From: Candidatus Woesearchaeota archaeon
GTDB taxonomy: Archaea > Nanobdellota > Nanobdellia > Woesearchaeales > JAWBMQ01
DNA length: 64,000 bases
NCBI GenBank assembly: GCA_038825875.1
Contig: JAWBOS010000001.1
Coordinates: 14,881-78,880 of the forward strand
Reading direction: 5' to 3'
The notes under the pieces are model-generated. The model saw nothing but the letters and a program-made list of their open reading frames with translations, did no database searches and had not been told where the DNA came from. The translations under genes were made by a program, and so were the position numbers. Below, piece by piece: positions 19,372-29,793 of this stretch. The stretch's first letter is position 1. Every line of letters starts with the position of its first letter.

Positions 19372-20589
19372 TTAAAAACTTACACCTTTCCAAGTTTCTT
19401 CTATTTCTAGCAACCTATTGTATTTTGCTAATCTTTCTCCTCTTGAAAATCCTCCAATCTTTGCTTGTCCACATCCCAAGCCTACACATAAATCGCTTAT
19501 GAAGTCATCATTTGTTTCTCCAGATCTATGGCTAACCATCACGTTCCATTTTGCCCTAAAAGAAAGTTTTGCAGCATCTATTGCTTCACTCACACTTCCT
19601 ATCTGATTAACTTTTAAGAGAAGTGCATTAACTAAGTTGTTTTTTATTGCAAATCTAATCCTTTTAGGATTTGTGACTAATAAATCATCTCCTACAACCT
19701 GAATTTTTGGTTTGAATAATTTATAACTCTCATAATCATCTTCTGCAAAAGGATCCTCAATAGAAATAATTGGATAATTAGCAATAATGTCTTCATAATA
19801 ATTAATAAGTTCGGTATTCTTTAGAATCCTACCTTTTTCAATTTCATAACCCTTGTTTGTCTTTATTTCTGTAGCTGCTACATCTAAAGCAATTTTTAAT
19901 TTTCCAGTAGAATTGTTTATTACTTTTTGAAGTAAATCCAATGCCTCTAATGGAGATTTAATATTTGGGGCAAATCCTCCTTCATCTCCAACATTTATAG
20001 CACTAGATCCATATTTTTTCTTAAGTAACTCTTTAAGGTTCATATATGCTTCTTGCAAAGTTTTTACATCTTGATGAAAGTTTTTTTCTTGAGGAACCAA
20101 CATAAATTCTTGGAACATTAGATCATTTCCTGCATGTAAGCCTCCGTTGATAACATTACTGTATGGATGCGGAAGTTTTGGTGTTCTTCTAGTTATTTTA
20201 GAGATATATTGCCAAAGCTCCATATCTTGATTAGACGCTTTTGCTCTGTACATAGCCATTGAAACCCCTAGTATTGCATTTGCTCCTAACCTTGATTTAT
20301 TAGGAGTACCGTCTAATTCTAGTAAAAGGCTATCATCTACTTCATCAATAGTTTTACCTATCAAGGCTCTAGAAATAATTTTATTAACATTTTCAACAGC
20401 TTTTAGAACTCCCTTTCCTTTAAATTCTTTTAAATTGTCTCTCAGTTCTAATGCTTCATAAGATCCTGTAGATGCGCCACTTGGAACGCCTGCCTTAAAA
20501 ATACCCTTATCTGTTACTAATTTTACCTCAACTGTTGGATTTCCTCGAGAATCAAATATCTGTCTTGCTTTGACATCTTTTATTCTCAT
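19372..20589 (-). CDS. eno: Enolase (phosphopyruvate hydratase)
   Basis: N-terminal IKDVKARQIFDSRGNPTVEV and conserved enolase core motifs throughout. Confidence 0.9.
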   Translation of the reverse strand: MRIKDVKARQIFDSRGNPTVEVKLVTDKGIFKAGVPSGASTGSYEALELRDNLKEFKGKGVLKAVENVNKIISRALIGKTIDEVDDSLLLELDGTPNKSRLGANAILGVSMAMYRAKASNQDMELWQYISKITRRTPKLPHPYSNVINGGLHAGNDLMFQEFMLVPQEKNFHQDVKTLQEAYMNLKELLKKKYGSSAINVGDEGGFAPNIKSPLEALDLLQKVINNSTGKLKIALDVAATEIKTNKGYEIEKGRILKNTELINYYEDIIANYPIISIEDPFAEDDYESYKLFKPKIQVVGDDLLVTNPKRIRFAIKNNLVNALLLKVNQIGSVSEAIDAAKLSFRAKWNVMVSHRSGETNDDFISDLCVGLGCGQAKIGGFSRGERLAKYNRLLEIEETWKGVSF

Positions 20590-20683
20590 TTTCTCACCTT
20601 TTTCAAAAAATACATGTTAATTAGATTTTGAGTTAAATGCTTGTTAACAAAACATATAAACTTATAAATATTACACTTATATC

Positions 20684-21733
20684 ATGTCAAGTATCCTGCC
20701 AGCTAATACAAAATCAATAAGTTTCACTGAAAACGTGAATATTGAAAAAATTAAAGAAGAATATTTAAGGACTGGTTTAATACCTGAGGAATTAAAAAAG
20801 ATTTTTCAACATCAGCATTATGTAATTGTAGGAAACCATTCTGCTGTAGAAATATGTTCTTGGACAAAAAAAAGTCTAACTAACAGAGGATTTTGTTACA
20901 AGCAAAAATTCTATGGCATAAGAAGTCATCTTTGTTGTCAAATGACTCCTTCTGTGGCTTGGTGTGATCATCTTTGTATTTTCTGTTGGAGAGCAACGCA
21001 TATAAACTTAGATAAAGACATGAGCAAAGCAAAGATAGATGATCCAAAAACAATAATAGAAGGATGTATTTTAGCACAAAGAAAGCTCTTAAGTGGTTTT
21101 GGAGGAAATCCTAAAGTTGATAGATCCAAGTTAAGAGAAGCTCAAGAACCTATGCATTTTGCTATTTCTTTATCTGGAGAACCAACCTTATATCCAAAAT
21201 TACCAGAACTGATTCAAGAATTACACAAAAAAGGAAAAACAACATTTTTAGTAAGTAACGGCCAACATCCAGAGATGATAGAAGAATTAATTCAAAAAGA
21301 TCTATTGCCAACTCAACTTTATATTTCTGTAGATGCACCAAATGAAGAGCTTTACAAAAAAATTGATGTTCCCCTAAACAAAAACGGATGGCAAAGATTA
21401 ATGAAAACTCTTGAAATGATAAAGAACTTATCAGGTTATAGAACTGTACTACGAATTACACTTATAAAGGGAATAAATGATCTCTATCCAGAGAAATATG
21501 CAGAACTTATCCAATTTTCAAGACCTATGTTTGTTGAAGTAAAAGCTTACATGTGGGTGGGACATTCGAGAAAAAGGTTAAAATTTGAAAATATGCCGAG
21601 TCACAAAGACATTATGGATTTTTCTAAGAAAATTGCTAAATTTCTGAAATGGGAAATAATAGATGAAAAAAAGGAGTCAAGAGTTGCACTAATAATGGAA
21701 AGAGATATTCCTAGCAGGATTATGAGTTTTTAG
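20684..21733 (+). CDS. taw1: tRNA 4-demethylwyosine synthase Taw1/TYW1 (radical SAM)
   Basis: GNHSAVEICSWTKKSL auxiliary-cluster region, then ..SHLCCQMTPSVAWCDHLCIFCWR (CxxxCxxC followed by W) typical of TYW1. Confidence 0.6.
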   Translation: MSSILPANTKSISFTENVNIEKIKEEYLRTGLIPEELKKIFQHQHYVIVGNHSAVEICSWTKKSLTNRGFCYKQKFYGIRSHLCCQMTPSVAWCDHLCIFCWRATHINLDKDMSKAKIDDPKTIIEGCILAQRKLLSGFGGNPKVDRSKLREAQEPMHFAISLSGEPTLYPKLPELIQELHKKGKTTFLVSNGQHPEMIEELIQKDLLPTQLYISVDAPNEELYKKIDVPLNKNGWQRLMKTLEMIKNLSGYRTVLRITLIKGINDLYPEKYAELIQFSRPMFVEVKAYMWVGHSRKRLKFENMPSHKDIMDFSKKIAKFLKWEIIDEKKESRVALIMERDIPSRIMSF

Positions 21734-22619
21734 ATGAATCTTCAAAAATAATCTTGTATTGCAAAGAACTCATGAGAATAAGTTGTTGAAATACTAAAAA
21801 AGGATTAACGTTCTCAAAAATTTCTGAGATCATTTTTAATTCTGATTTTAATCCTTTTATGACTCCCTGTTTCTTTGCTTTAACTGTATTTTTTGCAGAT
21901 ATCGAGATAGATGCAATTTTTAGATGCTTCTTTAAAATTCTCTTATTCATTACTACTTCTATTCCAAATCCTGACACATCTTTCCAAATTCCATTAAGTA
22001 ATGATTTTTTCATACATCTTTCTCCACTTATGAAATCACAGTTTAGCATCTTAAAAATTCCTAAGGAATTTTTTCTAAGAGAGATAGTAACATCAACCAG
22101 CTCTGAGATAACTGGCATGATTAATTTGTCTATATCTGAAACTTTTAAACCTATTAGATCTGCATCTAAAAAAAGAACATACTCATATTTGCTTGCATTA
22201 ACTCCTGTTTCCATAGCTCCTGCTTTTCCTTTATTCTTTTGAGATATTAAAATCAATTTTTTCCCCAAATGTTTATGTCTTTCTTTGAATTCTCTCACAA
22301 CTTTAGCAGTATTATCTTTTGATCCATCATCAACAACGATAACCTCTCCCACAAATTTGCTTTGCAATGAAGGTTTAACAACCTTGAGAATTCTTTTTTC
22401 TTCGTTATAAGCTGGTATGATTACTGAAACCTTTTTAATAGGAACGCTGTTAACATCTAAAACAAGTGCCTTTCTTCTCAGGGATTCTTTAACATAATCT
22501 GAAAACTCTCTTATTTCTCTTTCAAAAAGATGCAGATATTTTATAAGATATTGCTTAAATCTTTTTTTATGAAATTTAAATTTAACTTCCAGAACGGGTT
22601 TTTTCTTTTTTGATTTCAT
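21720..22619 (-). CDS. Family 2 glycosyltransferase (dolichyl-phosphate sugar transferase-like)
   Basis: VSVIIPAYNEE, VIVVDDGSKDNT, KGKAGA..LFLDADL GT-A fold motifs. Confidence 0.75.
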   Translation of the reverse strand: MKSKKKKPVLEVKFKFHKKRFKQYLIKYLHLFEREIREFSDYVKESLRRKALVLDVNSVPIKKVSVIIPAYNEEKRILKVVKPSLQSKFVGEVIVVDDGSKDNTAKVVREFKERHKHLGKKLILISQKNKGKAGAMETGVNASKYEYVLFLDADLIGLKVSDIDKLIMPVISELVDVTISLRKNSLGIFKMLNCDFISGERCMKKSLLNGIWKDVSGFGIEVVMNKRILKKHLKIASISISAKNTVKAKKQGVIKGLKSELKMISEIFENVNPFLVFQQLILMSSLQYKIIFEDSSKNS

Positions 22620-23743
22620 TTTTTCACCTCATTAGGGATCGGATATAGGTAATTATCAATCTTTTCTATTCTTTTTCTTTTCTCTTGATGTTCCTTTAAG
22701 AAGTTAACAATTCTTTCAATGAGTTCTGTTTTGCATTGTCCACAGAGCAATGAACCATTTTTACACCTATTAAATCTATCTTTCAGTTTTTCATCATCTG
22801 ACTCAAAAAGAAAGGTATAATATGAAAAAACAACACATTTCTCTGGTTCTCCTCCATACTTTCTTTGCATTTCTATTGTTTCCCTTCCTCCTGTAATCAT
22901 ATATTTCATAACCTTTTGTTTAACTTCTTTTTCTGAATCTGTTAAGAAAATTGCATTTTCTGCAGAACTGGAGCTTTTAGATTCACCTGTTAATGATGGC
23001 AAAAGTTTGTTTTGGATAGAAGATGGTTTATAATAGCCTAATTTTGGCAGTATATCTCTAGAAATTCTAAAGTGTGGATCCTGATCAATTCCATGAGGAA
23101 TCAGACAAGGTATATTTTTATTTAATTCCCATGATTTAAGTACTGCAGGAACTGTTTGCAATGCTGTATAAAAAATCTGGCCGATATTATTTTCGTTTGT
23201 AAATCCAAAAACAGACTTAACTGTAGAAAAATTTATCTTTTTTGCAACTTGAATAGCCAATGGATAAAGTATTGAGATATGCTTAGTATCAATTATAAAC
23301 TTAGTATTTTTTGCATCAAATCCCAGAGCGATGATATCTTTAATATTCTCCTCTGCTTGTTTTTTTACTTCTTCAAGCGAAAGATCCTTAAACAAAAATT
23401 TTTCATCATCGGTAATTTGAATTATTAATTCAACATCAAACTTCTCTTGGAACCATTTAGTAAACAGAAAGGGCAATAAATGGCCCAAATGCATCTTACT
23501 TGATGGTCCTCTACCCGTATAAAGATAAAACTTATTTCCTTTCTCATACTCATCTAGAATCCAATCCAAATCCCTGTGCACAAAGAAAATCTCTCTTCTT
23601 AAAAAGAAATGTAAATCCTTAGCAATTTTTTCAATTCTGCTTAACAAATATTTATCAATCTTCTTCAATCCAAATTCTTTAATAACTTTATCATAATCAA
23701 TTTCTCCCTTAACTTCCCAAGGAGTTATTGTCATCATAATCAT
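22616..23743 (-). CDS. trpS: Tryptophanyl-tRNA synthetase (archaeal/eukaryotic type)
   Basis: N-terminal TPWEV motif, HIGH motif HLGH, KMSKS-like KSSSS; class I Rossmann layout. Confidence 0.85.
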   Translation of the reverse strand: MIMMTITPWEVKGEIDYDKVIKEFGLKKIDKYLLSRIEKIAKDLHFFLRREIFFVHRDLDWILDEYEKGNKFYLYTGRGPSSKMHLGHLLPFLFTKWFQEKFDVELIIQITDDEKFLFKDLSLEEVKKQAEENIKDIIALGFDAKNTKFIIDTKHISILYPLAIQVAKKINFSTVKSVFGFTNENNIGQIFYTALQTVPAVLKSWELNKNIPCLIPHGIDQDPHFRISRDILPKLGYYKPSSIQNKLLPSLTGESKSSSSAENAIFLTDSEKEVKQKVMKYMITGGRETIEMQRKYGGEPEKCVVFSYYTFLFESDDEKLKDRFNRCKNGSLLCGQCKTELIERIVNFLKEHQEKRKRIEKIDNYLYPIPNEVKK

Positions 23744-23944
23744 TAAGAAGCCTTTAGATTTTTATATTTTTTTATTACAAAAAGCAAAAAAACAAAAAGA
23801 AAAATAAAAAACTCATAAAAACTAACAGAATATAGCTCTGGTTCATCATTCTCAACTCATATTAAATAATCATTTAACCATTCTAGTTGAAATATACTTT
23901 ATGTGCTCATGAAAAAGAAAAACAACATATTTTTAAATTAAGAA

Positions 23945-24952
23945 GTGATTCATGTAATAATGAAGACCAGATTTGTGGAAAAAAAGGAATATGATTTTAT
24001 AACTGTTGGGAGTGCAACAATAGATATCTTCTTGACTCCTGATCCAGAGGAAACAGAAATAATAAAGATCTCACATAAAACACAAGACTTTGAACTAATT
24101 GCTTATCCTTTAGGTAGCAAAATTTTGATAGAGAAGATTGATTATGAAATTGGAGGCGGTGGAACGAATTCTGCTGCTTGCTTAAGAAAACTAAATTTCT
24201 CTGTTGGTTTTTTTGGATGTATAGGAACAGATGAATATGGTGAAGAAATATTAGATTATCTCAAAAAAGAAAACATAGATTTCATTGGAAAAAGATCCGG
24301 AAAAACAGGTTTAAGCATAATCCTAAATTCATTTACAAACGAACGAACAGTATTCACATATAAAGGTGCAAATGATCTTGTCGATGGAAATCTAAACTTT
24401 AAGTGTAGAGCATTGTATTGTGCATCATTAACAAAAAACGCATTTAAAGCGCAGCCAGAAATCTTTAAGAAAGCAAAAAGAGAAGGAAGTGTTATATTCT
24501 ATAACCCCAGCGCCTATGTAGCAAAGATGGGACTTAAGGAATTGAGAAATGTTCTTTCCTATGTTGATATATTAATAATGAACAAGGAAGAATCTCAACT
24601 CTTATCAGGAAAAACAGAGTTATCTGAGATTTTTAGAATTCTTAACAAGATTGTAAAAATTGTTATAATCACTGACGGCCCAAATGGGATCTATTTTTAT
24701 GATAAAAGAATTTACAATGTAAAAGCACACAAAGTAAAGGTTTTGGAACCAACAGGAGCAGGAGATGCCTTTGCTAGTACGTTTGCAGGATACTTATTAA
24801 AAACTAATTCTATTTTAACAAGCATAAAATATGGAATTCTTAATGCAGAATCAGTAATTCAAAAAATTGGACCAAAAAAAGGTTTGTTAAGTGAAAAAGA
24901 ACTTGAAAAGTTAATGAAAAATACAAAATTCGAAATAGTGGCAATAGACTAA
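23945..24952 (+). CDS. PfkB-family carbohydrate/nucleoside kinase (ribokinase fold)
   Basis: GGGGTNSAACL substrate-lid motif and C-terminal EPTGAGDAFASTFAG anion-hole motif. Confidence 0.75.
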   Translation: MIHVIMKTRFVEKKEYDFITVGSATIDIFLTPDPEETEIIKISHKTQDFELIAYPLGSKILIEKIDYEIGGGGTNSAACLRKLNFSVGFFGCIGTDEYGEEILDYLKKENIDFIGKRSGKTGLSIILNSFTNERTVFTYKGANDLVDGNLNFKCRALYCASLTKNAFKAQPEIFKKAKREGSVIFYNPSAYVAKMGLKELRNVLSYVDILIMNKEESQLLSGKTELSEIFRILNKIVKIVIITDGPNGIYFYDKRIYNVKAHKVKVLEPTGAGDAFASTFAGYLLKTNSILTSIKYGILNAESVIQKIGPKKGLLSEKELEKLMKNTKFEIVAID

Positions 24953-26190
24953 GATATGAAGGAACTTAAACTTCCTTGCAACATTTTTTTTATCTTTTCA
25001 ATATCAATTCTTCCATAAACCCCATCGTAACCTGGAATTACAGGAATAGATGATTTTCTATTTAAGATTAAAAGATTCAAAAATAAAGGATTTGAGAACT
25101 TTTTTCTAATCTCTTCAATAGGAACTGAAAACAGCACCTCAAACTCAGATCCAAAAGATGACACTAAATCAAAATATTTTTGTTTTACATCCTTATTTTC
25201 CAGAGGTTTGTTAATTGTAGTCGCAATCAATTCTGCAAGTGGTAATGCCTTTACATATGGTTTTTTTGAAAAAAAATCCATGTTAAGAACCTGATCTTCA
25301 GAAAAATCTGAAAGTTCTTCTACTCTATGTTCTACACCTAAAGTTAGAGGTTTATTACAAACAGGACAAATATTATTCAATTTTATGCTTTCTTTACTAC
25401 TTAAAGATATTCCACATTTTCTATGTCCATCATAATGATATTTTCCATAAGAAGGATCAACTTCTAATGTTTTTTCCACATAATTATGTCTTATTGCTTT
25501 AATGATGTCCTGATATTCAAATTCTTCCTTTAATCTAAAGCATGTTGCTTCTCGACCAATTCTCCACGGCCAATAACTATGACTATCTGAAAATGAAAGA
25601 ATTGTTTTTTCTTGTAATTCCTTAATTCTCCAATTCATTAATGGATCACTACTTAATCCTGTTTCAATAGCATGAATCTTATTACTCTTATCTTGAAATG
25701 CTTCTTTTAAGCTATTGTATCCTGATTTACTTCCAAAGATTCCAAACCAAGGGGTCCAAACATGTGCAGGAATTATCTCTATTTTATCATCTAGTTGAAG
25801 CATATCCTCTACAAATTCTGCACAGGAATAATTAGCTATTGTAGGTCTGCCATCAGAATTCAAATTAGTTTTTTTTCCTAAAAATTCCGTTATTTCCTTA
25901 ACTTTAGAATATGGAGAAAGTACAATCAAATGCACTTTTCTAGGAATTTTTTCATCAACATATACCAAATTTACCTCTGTTTGAAACACAAATTTAACAT
26001 TGCCTTGAACAATCTCTCCTTCAATTTGTTTTTTTTTGAACTCATCTAACCAAAGAGGATGAGTAAAGTCTCCTGTTCCCAATAGCTTCAAACCCTTTAT
26101 TTTTGCGGATTCTGAAAGAGTAAAAAAAGAACTATTCTTACTACAACCTCTTGAATATTTTCCATGAATATGTAGATCTGCCCAAATCAT
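24949..26190 (-). CDS. PHP-domain metal-dependent phosphoesterase with internal Zn-ribbon
   Basis: N-terminal WADLHIHGKYS (PHP motif I), further His clusters, CPVCNK Zn-ribbon. Confidence 0.55.
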   Translation of the reverse strand: MIWADLHIHGKYSRGCSKNSSFFTLSESAKIKGLKLLGTGDFTHPLWLDEFKKKQIEGEIVQGNVKFVFQTEVNLVYVDEKIPRKVHLIVLSPYSKVKEITEFLGKKTNLNSDGRPTIANYSCAEFVEDMLQLDDKIEIIPAHVWTPWFGIFGSKSGYNSLKEAFQDKSNKIHAIETGLSSDPLMNWRIKELQEKTILSFSDSHSYWPWRIGREATCFRLKEEFEYQDIIKAIRHNYVEKTLEVDPSYGKYHYDGHRKCGISLSSKESIKLNNICPVCNKPLTLGVEHRVEELSDFSEDQVLNMDFFSKKPYVKALPLAELIATTINKPLENKDVKQKYFDLVSSFGSEFEVLFSVPIEEIRKKFSNPLFLNLLILNRKSSIPVIPGYDGVYGRIDIEKIKKMLQGSLSSFIS

Positions 26191-26193
26191 AGT

Positions 26194-26832
26194 TTATTTA
26201 TTTTTAATAATTAACAAAAGATCTTCTAGCCAAGCTTTAGGCAATCCTAAATAAGGAATTCTAAAAAAGGCTACACCTAGCAATCTATTCTGATGAATTT
26301 TAAATTCTTGGATACTATGATCTTTAGCAATTCCCAAATTCGCATCTCCTTTTGTAGTAAAATACCAAACATCATCCTCGTTCCATTTTGCAACACATCT
26401 ATGAATTACTGCCTTTCCTGATGGTGTTGAGAATACAATAACATCGCCTATTTCTATTTCTTCAGGTGATTTTCCATACAATAAAATAACATCTCCTTTC
26501 TTAAGTCCATTTGGAAAAGGAAATGATTTGAATTGTTGTAAAGTTATATTAAATGATCCATATATTTGGGATTGTGTTATATTATACATTCCTGAGTTCC
26601 ACCATTCCTCAAAGGAACCTTTGTGTTCCATACTTCTTGAAACGACTGCAACGATAGGATATGGTGTTTTCAAAAAAAATCCCAAAGTAGGATATAAAAC
26701 ATATCTCATAGAAACATAGATTATTACTAACCAAACAATTGTAGCGAGAATAGAATCTGATGTATTTAACCACCTCCAGAATTTTTTTAACGTATAAACA
26801 AAAGATTGTTTTTTGGTATTTTGAGATCTCAT
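26194..26832 (-). CDS. Archaeal signal peptidase I (Sec11/SPC18-type, S26B)
   Basis: N-terminal TM, catalytic Ser motif VVSRSMEH, GDVIVFS box, catalytic His. Confidence 0.75.
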   Translation of the reverse strand: MRSQNTKKQSFVYTLKKFWRWLNTSDSILATIVWLVIIYVSMRYVLYPTLGFFLKTPYPIVAVVSRSMEHKGSFEEWWNSGMYNITQSQIYGSFNITLQQFKSFPFPNGLKKGDVILLYGKSPEEIEIGDVIVFSTPSGKAVIHRCVAKWNEDDVWYFTTKGDANLGIAKDHSIQEFKIHQNRLLGVAFFRIPYLGLPKAWLEDLLLIIKNK

Positions 26833-26875
26833 TGATTAGGTTTGTGGAATCAAAAAGAATAAAAATATTTCTCTG

Positions 26876-27178
26876 TTATGCTCTCAAAAATAACAGTAAA
26901 ACCAGAAAGATTCCAATAATTCCTCCAAAAACCAAAAGAAAAAGAAAGAAAACTCTTAGAAAAACAGCCCATGGACTTGTTGAATTCAATTTCAAGAAAT
27001 CCAATTTAATCTTTGAACTCTGTTTTTCTGATTTAAGTTTAACCTTAGGAATTTTTTCTTCCTTTATAGGTAATTTAACCTCTTCCTTAATACTCTTTTC
27101 GACAGATCTCTTGAATTGCGAAAAATATACTCTGTCAATCTCTTCCAACTCTAATTTGATCTTATCAAACCAGTCCAT
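26876..27178 (-). CDS. Small tail-anchored membrane protein (K/E-rich cytosolic part, C-terminal TM), unknown function
   Basis: 100 aa; C-terminal AVFLRVFFLFLLVFGGIIGIFLVLLLFL helix; immediately upstream of signal peptidase on the same strand. Overlapping plus-strand ORF 26760..27182 judged spurious. Confidence 0.35.
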   Translation of the reverse strand: MDWFDKIKLELEEIDRVYFSQFKRSVEKSIKEEVKLPIKEEKIPKVKLKSEKQSSKIKLDFLKLNSTSPWAVFLRVFFLFLLVFGGIIGIFLVLLLFLRA

Positions 27179-27261
27179 TTAATTATTCACAACTAATTCA
27201 ATATTTAAATATTTTCTTTTATTTCTTTTTCTACTCCCAAATTCCTTACAACTTTTAGCTT

Positions 27262-27591
27262 TTACTCATACTCTCTCCAAACATAGCCACACTTAGTACA
27301 CTTAAAGAATCTTGTAGGCGGTTCGTCTGGAGATCTTGTTTGAAGCATAGTATAGTATGCTTCTTTATTTTCACATTTTGGACATTCGACCTGTGCAACA
27401 GGAAACACAGAAAGTTCTTGATTTTCGAAGGGTATTAAGGGAATATCTCCATTTCCCTTTATTTTCTCCTCAATTTTTACATCTGCATCTTTTGCTTTTT
27501 CCTCATATCCACATTTTTTGCAGTAAAATACAGCATTATTTTTTACATTTTTAACGAATAGAATTGCACCACATTTAGGACAAAATTTCAT
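27262..27591 (-). CDS. tfs: Transcription factor S (TFS) / RNA polymerase subunit M-like, two Zn-ribbons
   Basis: CPKCG..CKKCG N-ribbon; C-terminal CPKC..QTRSPDEPPT..CTKCG with acidic DE hairpin typical of TFIIS-type cleavage factors. Confidence 0.8.
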   Translation of the reverse strand: MKFCPKCGAILFVKNVKNNAVFYCKKCGYEEKAKDADVKIEEKIKGNGDIPLIPFENQELSVFPVAQVECPKCENKEAYYTMLQTRSPDEPPTRFFKCTKCGYVWREYE

Positions 27592-27666
27592 GATCTCACC
27601 TAGGAAAATTCAAATCCATATGTGGTTCTGTCAAAATTTATAAATTTTTAGATTCATCAAGAATAG

Positions 27667-28419
27667 ATGAAACACCTTATTGGCATTGATGAAGCTGGAC
27701 GAGGTCCTGTAATCGGCCCTATGATTCTTGCTGGAACTCTAATATGTGAAAACAATTTAGACTCTGTGATTAAAGAATTTCAAATAATAGGTGTAAAAGA
27801 TTCAAAAAAACTTACAAGAAAAAAAAGAGAAGAAGTATATGAAAAATTAGTAGAATTGAAAAAGAAGAATCTTATTGATTTTGATTTCATAATAATTCAA
27901 CCTTCGGAAATTGATGAATTTGTAGAAGGTTCAGGGCTAAATCTGAATCGATTAGAGATAATAAAAATGATTGAAATAATACATACTCTCCTAAAAAAGT
28001 ATAATGGAACATTTGAGATTTACATTGACTGTCCTAGCACGAATATAAAATCTTACATCTCTGATTTCTTTTCATTCCTTAGAAAGAATCATGAAATAAT
28101 TTATCAATCCAAGAATGAAGTAAAGGTAAAGTCTTTAGATCTTGATATGTACTTTATATTTTCTCATAAAGCAGATCAAAAATATCCTATAGTATCTGCG
28201 AGTAGCATTATTGCAAAAGTAACAAGAGATAGAATTATAGAAGAAATAAAGAAAAAAATAGATTATGACTTTGGTTCAGGCTACAGCTCGGATCCGAAAA
28301 CAATGAAGTTCATTAAAGAGAATTTTGACAAATATGATATTTTTAGAAAATCTTGGGAAACGTGGAAAAGACAAAAAGAGAAAAAGATAATTGATTTTTT
28401 AAAAGAAAATGATGCCTAA
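27667..28419 (+). CDS. rnhB: Ribonuclease HII
   Basis: IGIDEAGRGPVIGPMILAG catalytic DEAG motif at N-terminus. Confidence 0.9.
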   Translation: MKHLIGIDEAGRGPVIGPMILAGTLICENNLDSVIKEFQIIGVKDSKKLTRKKREEVYEKLVELKKKNLIDFDFIIIQPSEIDEFVEGSGLNLNRLEIIKMIEIIHTLLKKYNGTFEIYIDCPSTNIKSYISDFFSFLRKNHEIIYQSKNEVKVKSLDLDMYFIFSHKADQKYPIVSASSIIAKVTRDRIIEEIKKKIDYDFGSGYSSDPKTMKFIKENFDKYDIFRKSWETWKRQKEKKIIDFLKENDA

Positions 28420-29132
28420 AGAATCCTTCTTTTTTTGAGCTCATCCAATATCTCAAAATAAAGCTTATTTTCATCTGTTTCAAAAAATTTACTAAAAAAT
28501 CTGCATATCTTCTCTATGTCTCTTTTCATTAATTGCAATCCAAGACTAGAATTAACCTCTGTACCTTGAGAGAAATCAATAAAGACAGGAATGTCTCTGT
28601 AGTTTAGAATGTTAAATTCCGATAAATCTCCGTGAACAATCTTTCCATCTAAAACTAACCGCTTATAGTTGTCAATAATTAACTTAAAGAAATTTTCAGG
28701 ATCTTGAGGATGATGATTCTTTAATTGTCTTGCAGGCATATCATCTCCTATAAATTCCATTACTATAACATATTCCCTATGTGCTATAGGTCTTGGAACT
28801 GAAACATTATTACGATATGCAATAAGCATATTTCTAAATTCTCTCTTTACCCACTCTAAGAATATTTTTCTTTTATTCTTCAGTGCAACAGAAAATTTGG
28901 GATCTTGACTAATATAATCATAAATCTTTTTAAAATTGCAACTTTTAACTCTGAATATCTTTATTGCTACAATTTCGTTTGCTACTTTTCCTTTGTATAC
29001 TACTGCCTCTTTTCCAACAGAAATTTCAGTGTCTATTTCATCGATAACGTGCTGAGAAATCAATTTATTGACTAACCTTACTGTGTATTCATCAAAGAGA
29101 TTTTTTGAATCTGTAAAGTATGATCGATCCAT
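28416..29132 (-). CDS. RIO-type serine/threonine protein kinase
   Basis: Gly-loop ISVGKEAVVYKG, catalytic IHGDLSEFNIL, flexible-loop layout of RIO kinases. Confidence 0.8.
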   Translation of the reverse strand: MDRSYFTDSKNLFDEYTVRLVNKLISQHVIDEIDTEISVGKEAVVYKGKVANEIVAIKIFRVKSCNFKKIYDYISQDPKFSVALKNKRKIFLEWVKREFRNMLIAYRNNVSVPRPIAHREYVIVMEFIGDDMPARQLKNHHPQDPENFFKLIIDNYKRLVLDGKIVHGDLSEFNILNYRDIPVFIDFSQGTEVNSSLGLQLMKRDIEKICRFFSKFFETDENKLYFEILDELKKRRIL

Positions 29133-29174
29133 TCAAGAGAAAAAATAAAAGAAATTGATAAATGTTTTGAAATG

Positions 29175-29393
29175 TTATTCCACTTTTTCGTAAATTTTTA
29201 TACACATGTAGGCAATTACTAGCAGCAACACTATCATTACTAGATTTAATTCAAATAACACTATAAAGAAATACTCAAAAAGTCCGCTCATTCCTTTAAA
29301 GAATATGTACAATGCAGCAAAGCCGGCAATCAAAATCAACACAAACACTATCTTTTCGAAGAGATGGCTTTTTACTCTTTTCTTAAATAGCAT
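29175..29393 (-). CDS. Small membrane protein (2 TM), unknown
   Basis: 72 aa, two hydrophobic helices; no homology recognised. Confidence 0.3.
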   Translation of the reverse strand: MLFKKRVKSHLFEKIVFVLILIAGFAALYIFFKGMSGLFEYFFIVLFELNLVMIVLLLVIAYMCIKIYEKVE

Positions 29394-29537
29394 ATCTTCA
29401 CCCCCTAACTAATGAATCATCTTTGCAATTTAAATAAATTATTTACCACTTGAAAGTTTAAATAAAAAGTAACGTCAAATAAACATAATAATAAACTAGA
29501 GATAAATTTTATATACTATTATCTATACTTCTAAGAA

Positions 29538-29789
29538 ATGCTCAATTCCATCGACATAAATTCCTTATTTAGAAAAACAATGCAAGAACTTGAGGAGGAT
29601 AGATACTTAAATCTAATGCATCTCATTCTAAGTATCATAAGTTCAAAAAAGCAAACGCTTTTAGAAGAGATTATTATCGAAGGAAAAATGAATGGTTTTT
29701 CTGAACCTGAAATTTACAAGGTCTTAGACAAATTAATAGAAGACAAGATAATCGAAAAAAGCGATAATGGATATATTAAAAAAATTTGA
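29538..29789 (+). CDS. Small hypothetical protein, possibly winged-helix
   Basis: 83 aa; C-terminal EPEIYKVLDKLIEDKIIEK..GYI resembles a recognition helix plus wing. Confidence 0.3.
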   Translation: MLNSIDINSLFRKTMQELEEDRYLNLMHLILSIISSKKQTLLEEIIIEGKMNGFSEPEIYKVLDKLIEDKIIEKSDNGYIKKI

Positions 29790-29793
29790 GAAT

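Noticed and set aside
26760-27182. 140-aa plus-strand ORF overlapping the 100-aa tail-anchored minus-strand ORF
   Set aside because: Only one is likely real. Minus-strand ORF has a more protein-like composition and operon context with signal peptidase. Remains uncertain.
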